Shown: piece after piece, positions 15,068 to 22,339 of the stretch | Layout: each line of letters opens with the position of its first letter | Position numbering within the stretch: the stretch's first letter is position 1 | NCBI GenBank assembly: GCA_028276165.1 | Contig: JAPYWV010000001.1 | Location: 1 to 43,370 of the forward strand | Length of the DNA: 43,370 nt | From: Acidilobaceae archaeon | GTDB lineage: Archaea > Thermoproteota > Thermoprotei_A > Sulfolobales > Acidilobaceae | Reading direction: 5' to 3' | The notes under the pieces: model-generated | The model's database searches: none | The model's input: only the letters and a program-made list of their open reading frames with translations | Told to the model about the DNA's origin: nothing | Made by a program: the position numbers and the translations under genes

Positions 15068-15371
15068 GAGTACGTCAATAGCTAGGCTTATAGGAGTAGC
15101 TGTTAGGGGAGGTTTAACTTTGAAAGATCTGCTACAATCATCACGTAGAGGGCGTCATCGGATATGGTTTTTGAAATTTGCGAACATGGGGGTACCAATA
15201 GTTGTATCCGCGAGGGGGCTCCTCTACAGCGGTCTCACGGCAACAGCTCTCTTCAAGGTAACCATCATATTGTGCATAAGGAGAGGTGGTAGGGTTAGAG
15301 GCCCAGTTATCCTAACATATCCTGAAAGGGTTATAGGCTATGAGAGGAAAGATTACACGCTACCAGAGTAG
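15000..15371 (+). pseudogene. fdhD: FdhD/NarQ-family C-terminal remnant (N-terminal half missing or destroyed)
   Basis: IARLIGVAVRGG..SSRRG...LKFANMGVPIVVSA....VTIILCIRRGGR....LTYPERV parallels the FdhD C-terminus as I recall it (vDKviG..lSGR..E.v.Ka..aGipivvSvSAPT..a...A...gitLvGfaRggr.nvYthpeRi). The EDxGRHNA motif is absent. Upstream frames are broken by stops. Confidence 0.45.
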
Positions 15372-15393
15372 GTGTTAAAGGACCGCTAACACC
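15371..15393 (+). terminator. hairpin GGTGTTA-N9-TAACACC followed by a T-run
   Basis: Starts at the last base of the stop codon of the fdhD-like remnant. The following CTTTTTAAATCC may double as the tRNA promoter. Confidence 0.3.
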
Positions 15394-15398
15394 TAAAA

Positions 15399-15410
15399 CT
15401 TTTTAAATCC
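15399..15410 (+). promoter_or_regulatory. TATA box of tRNA-Phe
   Basis: CTTTTTAAATCC centred ~29 nt upstream of tRNA position 1. Confidence 0.5.
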
Positions 15411-15433
15411 CGCCTCCTAATAACTTTCCCTGG

Positions 15434-15508
15434 GCCGCCGTAGCTCAGCGGGAGAGCGCCCGGCTGAAGACCGGGTGGTCGGGGGTTCGAATCCCCCCGG
15501 CGGCACCA
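15434..15508 (+). tRNA. tRNA-Phe (anticodon GAA), CCA encoded, no intron
   Basis: Hand-folded cloverleaf. Acceptor GCCGCCG/CGGCGGC, D arm GCTC-AGCGGGA-GAGC, anticodon stem CCCGG/CCGGG with loop CTGAAGA, T arm GGGGG-TTCGAAT-CCCCC, discriminator A, then CCA. Confidence 0.95.
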
Positions 15509-16276
15509 TCACCACTTGTACTCGGGCCTCCTCTTCTCCACGAAGGCTCTCGCAGCCTCCCTAGCTTCGCTCCCCCTCGCTAGTCTCTCTAGCTCGCTGA
15601 ACCCTAGTTCTAGTAGTGGTGTTAGCTTAGCTAGCCTTAGGAGCTTCTTTATTGATCTTATTGCTTGTGGTGAGTTCTCCATTATGCTCCTAGCTATCCT
15701 CTGAACCTCCTCTCTTAGAGTCTTCTGGTCTGGGGCTAGCCTTGCTATGAGCCCTATGTGGTGTGCCTCCTTGGCTGTCAGAGGCTCCAGTGTCATTGCT
15801 AGCATTGCTGTCCTCGATGGTCCTAGAACGCTTAGGCCTATAACCGGTAGTATTGGTGTGTTGTAGCCCCACCTAGCCTCAGCCCATACGAGCTTAGCGT
15901 TCTCAACTGAGACCACTATGTCTGCAGCCCATATTAGCTCTGCTCCACCACCGTAGGCGTCACCGTTCAAGGCTAGGATGAGGGGTTTATCAACGTAGAG
16001 CATCCTCCTAGCAAGCCTAGCTATGGATGCGAAAAGCCTCCCAGCCTCCTCTGGGGAGCTCGCGCTAGCAACCTCGGATAAATCTGCACCAGCGGAGAAA
16101 ACCCTACCCTCACCTGTAACAGCTATGACTCTAACATCACCCCTACCCTCAAGCTCGTCGAGAGCCCTTATAACCTCCTCTACCACCTCTGAGTTCAAAG
16201 CGTTAAGCTTCTCAACCCTCCTAAGTACAACCCATCCAACACCATCTAAAACCTCTACGCTAACAAACCTGTACAA
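15509..16276 (-). CDS. enoyl-CoA hydratase/isomerase (crotonase) family protein
   Basis: 255 aa. LNALN, VIAVTGEGRVFSAGADL and the NGDAYGGGAEL oxyanion-hole motifs. The stop codon directly abuts the tRNA-Phe 3' end on the opposite strand. Confidence 0.85.
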   Translation of the reverse strand: MYRFVSVEVLDGVGWVVLRRVEKLNALNSEVVEEVIRALDELEGRGDVRVIAVTGEGRVFSAGADLSEVASASSPEEAGRLFASIARLARRMLYVDKPLILALNGDAYGGGAELIWAADIVVSVENAKLVWAEARWGYNTPILPVIGLSVLGPSRTAMLAMTLEPLTAKEAHHIGLIARLAPDQKTLREEVQRIARSIMENSPQAIRSIKKLLRLAKLTPLLELGFSELERLARGSEAREAARAFVEKRRPEYKW

Positions 16277-16407
16277 AGCCTTACACCGCCTAAACCCTAG
16301 GCTGGGGGTTGAATTTAAAACTATGCTGTGTTAACGTGTTATCTAAGAGTTTAACGTGTAAGACAATTATTTAAACTCCCGAAGTCTCCTATAAACAGGG
16401 GTACGGC

Positions 16408-18345
16408 GTGGGTTACCCAGAGGTTCTAGCTGAGCCCGGCTCAAGGGTACTTATGTTGGGTAATGTTGCTGTTGCTAGAGCATGCCTTGAGTACGGTGTT
16501 GGCCTAGCCTCCGGGTACCCTGGGACGCCATCATCTGAGGTTGTAGAGGCCCTAGCCTATGCTGCCTCCAAGCTAGGCTACCCCTATGTCGAGTGGAGTG
16601 TTAATGAGAAGGTTGCATTCGAGGTAGCCTATGGTGCTGCCATCTCGGGGGTTCCAAGCGTTGTCTCCATGAAGCATGTTGGTTTGAATGTGGCAGCAGA
16701 CCCCTTCTTTAGCAGCGCCTACACCGGTGTTGAGGCACCACTCCTAGTCATCTCAGCCGACGATCCTGGGATGTGGAGTAGCCAGAATGAGCAGGATAAC
16801 AGGTGGTATGGTGTCCACGCATACATACCAGTAGTGGAGCCTGCTGGAGCTCAGGAGGCTAGGGAGGCCACCCTTGAGGCTTTAAGGTTGAGTGGTGTGG
16901 TGAAACACCCAGTACTCCTAAGGCTCGTCACCAGGGTATCGCATACGAGAGCCCCTGTAACGGTGGGAGCTCTGGGGAGGCCCAGGCTTAGGGGGGTGTT
17001 TAAAAGTAACCCTTTAAGGTGGAACCTCATACCAGCACATGCTAGGAGGCTTAGGGAGGAGCTCATAGAGAGGTGGAGGAGGATTGAGGATCTCGTCTCC
17101 CGGAGTGAGCTTAACGTAGCTGAGGGGCCCAGGGACTCCCAGATCCTGGTAGTAGGCGTTGGAATAGGCTATAGGTACGCTAGGGAGGCTCTTAGAAGGC
17201 TTAAGGTTCACGTTAGGCTGGTTAAGGTAACCACCCCCATACCCCTACCATCAAAGTTCATCCTAGGAGAGGTGGAGGGTAGGAATGCTATCATCGTGGT
17301 GGAGGAGGGGGATCCTGTCTTCGAGACAATGCTTAAAGCTCTACTACAGGAGGCTAGCTTGAACACGAGGGTTTACGGTAAAAGGAGTGGTCACCTTAGG
17401 CCTACTGGCGAGCTTAGGCTAGAGGATGTGAAGAGGGCTATAGCGCAGGTTCTAGGCCTCGGGTATAGGGGGCCTGAGCTCCTGGAGGCAACAGTGAAGC
17501 CCCCTCCAAGACCTCCTGTCCTATGCCCTGGGTGTCCTTACAGGAGTGTTTTCTACGCTGTTAGAAGGGCTGTTAAGAAGCTCGGTCTCGATGTCGTCTA
17601 CTCAGGCGATATAGGCTGCTATAGCCTGACTGTTAACAAGCCCTTCAACGCACAGGATACCCTCATCGAGATGGGTGGTAGCGTGGGTCTCGCTAATGGC
17701 ATGTCCCACGTGCTAGGGGATAAGGTGGTGATCGCAACCATTGGTGACTCAACGTTCTACCATGCAGGCGTACCAGGGCTTATAAACGCTGTTTACAACA
17801 AAGCCCCCATGATGGTCTTAGTGCTTGATAACGGGGTTACAGCTATGACAGGCCACCAGCCCCACCCAGGTTCGGGTTTCAACGCTGTGGGAGGGGAGGC
17901 TAGGAGGATCCCTGTGGAGGATGTAGCGAGAGGTGTTGGAGTAGACTCGGTATACGTAGCTGAGGCTTTCAACCCAAGGGATGTTGAGGCTAAAGCTCTA
18001 AGTGCTTTAAGGGATGTAGGGGAGGGTAAGGTCTCAGTTGTAGTGGCGAGAGGCCCATGTATCCTCGTGGCGGTGGGTAGGGCTAGAGCTGAGAGCATCC
18101 CTAGGCCTAGCTATGCTGTGGATCCCAGCAGGTGTAAGGGGTGCATGGTATGCTATAAGGCTTTCAACTGCCCGGCTATAACGCCTAGTGGTGATGGTAA
18201 GGTAACCATCAACGGGGCTTTGTGCACGGGTTGCGGTGTATGCGAGAGGGTATGCCCCTTCAACGCCATAAAACCTGCTAGCTACGTTGATAAGAGGTGG
18301 TGGAAACTACTAGGGTTAACAGAGTCTAGTGTGGGAGGTGGCTAG
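16408..18345 (+). CDS. iorA: indolepyruvate:ferredoxin oxidoreductase subunit alpha
   Basis: 645 aa. N-terminal pyrimidine-binding domain (GYPGTPSSE), TPP-binding GDIGCY..GDSTFYHAG, and a C-terminal 2x[4Fe-4S] ferredoxin domain (CKGCMVC..CP ... CTGCGVCERVCP). GTG start. Confidence 0.9.
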   Translation: MGYPEVLAEPGSRVLMLGNVAVARACLEYGVGLASGYPGTPSSEVVEALAYAASKLGYPYVEWSVNEKVAFEVAYGAAISGVPSVVSMKHVGLNVAADPFFSSAYTGVEAPLLVISADDPGMWSSQNEQDNRWYGVHAYIPVVEPAGAQEAREATLEALRLSGVVKHPVLLRLVTRVSHTRAPVTVGALGRPRLRGVFKSNPLRWNLIPAHARRLREELIERWRRIEDLVSRSELNVAEGPRDSQILVVGVGIGYRYAREALRRLKVHVRLVKVTTPIPLPSKFILGEVEGRNAIIVVEEGDPVFETMLKALLQEASLNTRVYGKRSGHLRPTGELRLEDVKRAIAQVLGLGYRGPELLEATVKPPPRPPVLCPGCPYRSVFYAVRRAVKKLGLDVVYSGDIGCYSLTVNKPFNAQDTLIEMGGSVGLANGMSHVLGDKVVIATIGDSTFYHAGVPGLINAVYNKAPMMVLVLDNGVTAMTGHQPHPGSGFNAVGGEARRIPVEDVARGVGVDSVYVAEAFNPRDVEAKALSALRDVGEGKVSVVVARGPCILVAVGRARAESIPRPSYAVDPSRCKGCMVCYKAFNCPAITPSGDGKVTINGALCTGCGVCERVCPFNAIKPASYVDKRWWKLLGLTESSVGGG

Positions 18346-18940
18346 CATAGCTTCGAGAGAGAGCTTCAACATTGTGATCGCTGGTGTTGGAGGTCAGGGT
18401 GTCCTAACACTCTCTAGGATAATAGGTGAGGCCTCCCTAGCCGGTGGTTTGAACGTACTAGTAGCTGAAACACATGGTCTAAGCCAGAGGGGTGGCTCTG
18501 TGGTAGTCCACGTTAGGATCGGTGATGTGGACTCACCACTGGTACCCCTCGGGGAGGCTGATCTCATGATCGGGCTGGAGCTCCTAGAGGTTTTAAGGAA
18601 CGTTAGTTACATGAGGAGGGGTGGCTTCATAGTAGCCGATAAGCTGGTGATACCCCCATCCATACCGGGTGTTACAGTGCCTAGCGTGGATAGCGTTATC
18701 GAAGCTCTAAGGGGCTTAGATGTAGAGTTGATCCTAACACCAGCTAGCGAGGTTGCAGAGAAGCTAGGAGACGTTAGGGTCGCCAACGTATACCTCCTAG
18801 GGCGAGCTCTCTCGAAGACAAGGCTGGGGGCCATTATAAGCTTTGATAGTGTAGCCAGGGTTCTAAGAGGTCTACCCAACCCTGAGTTGAACTTGAAGGC
18901 CTTCGAGCTAGGGTACACGGGTGGGGGGTTTGAGGGCTAA
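18329..18940 (+). CDS. iorB: indolepyruvate:ferredoxin oxidoreductase subunit beta
   Basis: 203 aa. NIVIAGVGGQGVLT...ETHGLSQRGGSV is the gamma-type POR domain pattern. The GTG start overlaps iorA by 17 nt (alternative GTG at 18338). Confidence 0.85.
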   Translation: MWEVASIASRESFNIVIAGVGGQGVLTLSRIIGEASLAGGLNVLVAETHGLSQRGGSVVVHVRIGDVDSPLVPLGEADLMIGLELLEVLRNVSYMRRGGFIVADKLVIPPSIPGVTVPSVDSVIEALRGLDVELILTPASEVAEKLGDVRVANVYLLGRALSKTRLGAIISFDSVARVLRGLPNPELNLKAFELGYTGGGFEG

Positions 18941-19475
18941 ACTACTTATACAACCGGTAGGGTTTAACGATAGGGGTACGTTGTACTGGCTAGTAGGGGA
19001 GCTTAAACGTAGGCTCCCCGTGGAGGTGGATGTTATGCTATCCCTATGGCCTATTAACCTGGATCACCTGGAGGTCTTCGACTGGAGTAGGATGCAGTTT
19101 AAAGCTGTTAAGGTTAACGAGCTCCTACACAGGCTCTTCAAGGAGGTTCTCATGCCCAGGAGAAGCCTTATCCTAGGCCTTGTAGCTGGTGATGGTTACG
19201 TTGAGGGTTTAAACTTCGTATTCGGCCTAGCCATGCCGGAGCTCTCGACGGCCACTGTCTACACCTCCAGGCTTGAAACAGGGGATCGCCAATTATACCA
19301 TCTCAGGATTTTAAAGGAGGTTATGCATGAGCTCGGGCACCTGCTAGGTTTAGGCCACTGTCCTAATAGGAGGTGTGTTATGTCCTTTAGTAATAGCGTT
19401 TCAGAGGTTGACCTTAAGGAGCCCTGGTTCTGCCCTGTTTGCGTATCCAAGCTTAAAAGTGTTACTAGCGCTTAG
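18921..19475 (+). CDS. amzA: archaemetzincin (zinc metalloprotease)
   Basis: 184 aa. HELGHLLGLGHC zincin motif followed by the Cys4 second-zinc site (C..RRCVM ... FCPVC). The GTG start overlaps iorB by 20 nt. Confidence 0.85.
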   Translation: MGGLRAKLLIQPVGFNDRGTLYWLVGELKRRLPVEVDVMLSLWPINLDHLEVFDWSRMQFKAVKVNELLHRLFKEVLMPRRSLILGLVAGDGYVEGLNFVFGLAMPELSTATVYTSRLETGDRQLYHLRILKEVMHELGHLLGLGHCPNRRCVMSFSNSVSEVDLKEPWFCPVCVSKLKSVTSA

Positions 19476-19480
19476 AGGTT

Positions 19481-20488
19481 TTGGCGTCTAGGGGTTTGGG
19501 GTGTGCTGTGTTGGCTTTACTCGAGATAGAGGATCTTAAAACTTACTACTTCACCCTAAGGGGCCCCGTTAGGGCTGTTGATGGTGTAACATTACAGCTT
19601 GAACGTGGCGAGGTTCTAGGTATCGCTGGTGAAAGTGGTTGTGGTAAGAGTACTCTGGCCTGGAGCATACTCGGCATGGTCCCACCCCCGGGTAGGATAG
19701 TCTCCGGTAGTATAGTCATAGACGGTGTTGATGTAACGAAGCTATCGGAGGAGGAGCTTAGGGCTAAGATTAGGTGGAAGAAGGTTAGCATGATATTCCA
19801 GGGTGCTATGAACAGCCTTAACCCCGTTTACACTGCTGGAGCTCAGATAGAGGAGGTTCTAACATACCATGCTAGGATGAGCAAGGTTGAGGCTAGGAGG
19901 CGTGTATACGAGCTCCTAGAGAGCGTGGGGCTCGATAGGAGTATTGCTAACAGGTACCCGCACGAGCTAAGCGGTGGGCAGAAGCAGAGGGTCGTGATAG
20001 CCATGGCGCTGGCCTTGGAGCCCGACATAGTGATAGCAGATGAGCCTACAACAGCTCTAGATGTTGTCGTCCAAGCACAGATACTGAATTTGATGAAGAG
20101 GCTTCAGAGGGAGAAGGGGATAAGCATAATACTTATAACACACGACCTAGCAATCATAGCTGAGATGGCCGACAGGGTTGCGATAATGTACGCTGGGAAG
20201 ATAGTAGAGTATGGTGGTAGCGAGCAGATATTCTACAAGCCAAGACACCCGTACACGTACCTGCTAATGAAAGCAGTACCAAAGCTAAGAGGGCCCAAGG
20301 AATCCCTGGTATACATACCGGGGCAGCCACCAGACCTAATAAACCCACCTAGAGGCTGTAGATTCGCACCAAGATGCCCCTACGCAATGGAGATATGCAA
20401 GGAGGATCCACCGGAGTTCACGCCAGAAGAAGGGCACATGTCAGCATGCTGGCTTGAGAGAACACCGGAGAAGATTAAGTACTCCTAG
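19481..20488 (+). CDS. oppD: oligopeptide/dipeptide ABC transporter ATP-binding protein (OppD/DppD type)
   Basis: 335 aa. Walker A GESGCGKS, signature LSGGQKQR, Walker B IVIADEPTTALD and the C-terminal oligopeptide-ABC extension (HPYT...GCRFAPRCP). The true start may be GTG/TTG at 19508/19511 (..LLEIEDLK). Confidence 0.85.
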   Translation: MASRGLGCAVLALLEIEDLKTYYFTLRGPVRAVDGVTLQLERGEVLGIAGESGCGKSTLAWSILGMVPPPGRIVSGSIVIDGVDVTKLSEEELRAKIRWKKVSMIFQGAMNSLNPVYTAGAQIEEVLTYHARMSKVEARRRVYELLESVGLDRSIANRYPHELSGGQKQRVVIAMALALEPDIVIADEPTTALDVVVQAQILNLMKRLQREKGISIILITHDLAIIAEMADRVAIMYAGKIVEYGGSEQIFYKPRHPYTYLLMKAVPKLRGPKESLVYIPGQPPDLINPPRGCRFAPRCPYAMEICKEDPPEFTPEEGHMSACWLERTPEKIKYS

Positions 20489-20991
20489 AGGTTCTCGAGC
20501 AACCTCCTAGCCCCTTCATCAACTCTTGCTAGAGCCCTAATCCTCTCGTACCCCCTACTACCTCTAACATAGGCTATGTAAGCTCTACTATAAGCCTCAA
20601 GCCTGGGTTCAAGCTTGTCGCCAAAGATAAGCTTACACAACTCCACGGCATTACCAACCTCGTATAGCTCCTCCTCAACACTATCAGGTCTCCTACGGAG
20701 TAGGAGGCTTAGAATTGGCTTACGTAACGCTCTCAACCTCTCCCACTCCTCAACAGCCTTAAAGCATGCTTCCACGAGCTTGTTGAAGAGCTCCTCAGCC
20801 CCCAGGGTGGACTCAAGCAACCTTAACCCTCTAGGTATAGCGGTGGAGCAACTACCCTTAGGGTATACTAGCGTTAGAGCTCTCCATTCCCTGGAGAGTA
20901 GCGGTGGTATGCTGGAGTCCACGCAGTACTCTCTAAGCTCGCCCTCTACATCGACCTTCATGATCCAAGCTTTGGAGGCGAAGCCCTCCAA
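20485..20991 (-). CDS. hypothetical cytoplasmic protein (168 aa)
   Basis: Clean ORF, helical E/L/R-rich composition, no recognised motif. Its stop overlaps the oppD stop by 4 nt (convergent). It starts 2 nt after the stop of the upstream orphan gene. Confidence 0.45.
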   Translation of the reverse strand: MEGFASKAWIMKVDVEGELREYCVDSSIPPLLSREWRALTLVYPKGSCSTAIPRGLRLLESTLGAEELFNKLVEACFKAVEEWERLRALRKPILSLLLRRRPDSVEEELYEVGNAVELCKLIFGDKLEPRLEAYSRAYIAYVRGSRGYERIRALARVDEGARRLLENL

Positions 20992-20993
20992 TC

Positions 20994-21461
20994 CTATAAC
21001 CTCTTTAAAATGATGTACTCTAGGATGCCGTAGCTAGCTATTATCATTGATGGTATGAGGATTATGATGGCTGTAAGGCTTAGGAGGGGGTTCACGCCTT
21101 CCCTCCACATAGTGTACACTGTTACCTCAGCCCTGCCATGACCTGATTCGAAGTTGAAGGATATCACTTCGAGGAGGTTCCCCACTTTAATGTTAGTAGA
21201 GCCTCCGGGCTCGAGTTTTAGCTGTCTATCACCTATAGCTATGTTTAGCCACGAGCTACCGACATTGGATACCGTTATGGTTACATTCCTATACGGTCTA
21301 TCCAGTGTTATGTTTAGGAGCTCGAAGGCACGTTTAGATACACTGGATTCTATTATCAAAGTGTAGGGTGTCCCCACGGTGTCCCAGCCGCTCGCTATAA
21401 CTGATAGCGTGAAGGCCGCTAGGATCCCCGCTAGGCCTAGAGCTATCTTAGCTAAACCCAA
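20994..21461 (-). CDS. hypothetical secreted/membrane-anchored protein (start revised from 21641)
   Basis: From TTG 21461 the product starts (M)GLAKIALGLAGILAAFTLSVIASG (signal-like). It continues with a beta-rich body carrying N-x-T sequons and a C-terminal TM (LLSLTAIIILIPSMIIASYGIL). The longer track ORF would run through the shared TATA and overlap the divergent gene. Confidence 0.45.
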   Translation of the reverse strand: MGLAKIALGLAGILAAFTLSVIASGWDTVGTPYTLIIESSVSKRAFELLNITLDRPYRNVTITVSNVGSSWLNIAIGDRQLKLEPGGSTNIKVGNLLEVISFNFESGHGRAEVTVYTMWREGVNPLLSLTAIIILIPSMIIASYGILEYIILKRL

Positions 21462-21495
21462 TAGACACCCCGGTTTCAGTATCTGGCTTGCAAGG

Positions 21496-21504
21496 CTATA
21501 TAAG
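21496..21504. promoter_or_regulatory. palindromic TATA (CTATATAAG) shared by two divergent orphan genes
   Basis: 35 nt from TTG 21461 on the minus strand and 37 nt from ATG 21541 on the plus strand. Confidence 0.4.
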
Positions 21505-21540
21505 ATTTTAGCTACACCTCCTAGCACCAGGTTGAAGGCT

Positions 21541-22311
21541 ATGAGGAGGAGGCTAGCACTACTCTTAACCCCCATCCCCGCGGCTATCCTAGCGGCTCTT
21601 GCAATCCTATGGGCTAGTGGTTTTACTGTAGAGGAGGTCACCCTGGTTAAAGGAGGTGTTGTGGCTAACGAGACTAGGGGTTACAGTGTCTACTTTGATA
21701 GAGTGCGTGGGGTAGAATACATAGTTACATTCCTGGAGGCTGGCCGCGCAGATCTAAGGGTTGCAGTGCTATATAGCCTTAACGGCTCTATAGGCGAGGT
21801 TTTAAGCGATGCTAGTGTAACAGCTGGTTCTAGGGGCTACATAAGCCTGCCTCGGGGAGCTCTAGTAGACAACATCGCCCTGAAGCTAGCAAGCCCCCCC
21901 ATGTACATACCACCTAGTCTCATGGAGAGTGTGGAGCCAGGGGTCCTCAGGATCAGGTATGAGATGCCAGGCATGGGCGTCAACGCACTACTAGTGGCTA
22001 GGCTTAGGATAGAGTGGTTCAACGTAACGGTAGTTGGAGAAGGTGATTTCACTGTGAAAGCAGAGCTTTACAACGGCTGGGACCTCGTGGGTGTATTGGA
22101 GAGGAGTTGCAATAGAGTCTGCAGCCTAGAGTGGAGCCCGGAGAAGCCAGTGACATCAATAGACGTCATAGCTATCAAGACCGATACGAGAGCCCGTGCA
22201 ACACTACTAGTGGTAGGCCTACTAGCAGTTCTAACCCTACTCTCCACAACCCTCTATGTGATAATGAGAAGGGGGGTAAGCGAAAGCCTTTTAAGATTCA
22301 AACCTAGGTAG
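21541..22311 (+). CDS. hypothetical membrane-anchored extracellular protein (start revised from 21379)
   Basis: MRRRLALLLTPIPAAILAALAILWASG signal/anchor, a ~200-aa beta-rich body, and a C-terminal TM LLVVGLLAVLTLLSTTLYVIMRR. Lies immediately upstream of the peptide-binding protein gene. Confidence 0.5.
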   Translation: MRRRLALLLTPIPAAILAALAILWASGFTVEEVTLVKGGVVANETRGYSVYFDRVRGVEYIVTFLEAGRADLRVAVLYSLNGSIGEVLSDASVTAGSRGYISLPRGALVDNIALKLASPPMYIPPSLMESVEPGVLRIRYEMPGMGVNALLVARLRIEWFNVTVVGEGDFTVKAELYNGWDLVGVLERSCNRVCSLEWSPEKPVTSIDVIAIKTDTRARATLLVVGLLAVLTLLSTTLYVIMRRGVSESLLRFKPR

Positions 22312-22339
22312 TCTAGGGTGGCTAGGTGAGGTGGAGGAT

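Noticed and set aside
15434-15508. An integrated mobile element at tRNA-Phe as the explanation for the adjacent decayed region.
   Set aside because: There is no integrase, no split int gene, no direct repeat of the tRNA 3' half and no viral or plasmid genes next to the tRNA. The decayed genes are ordinary cellular accessory genes (fdhD/fdhE-like).
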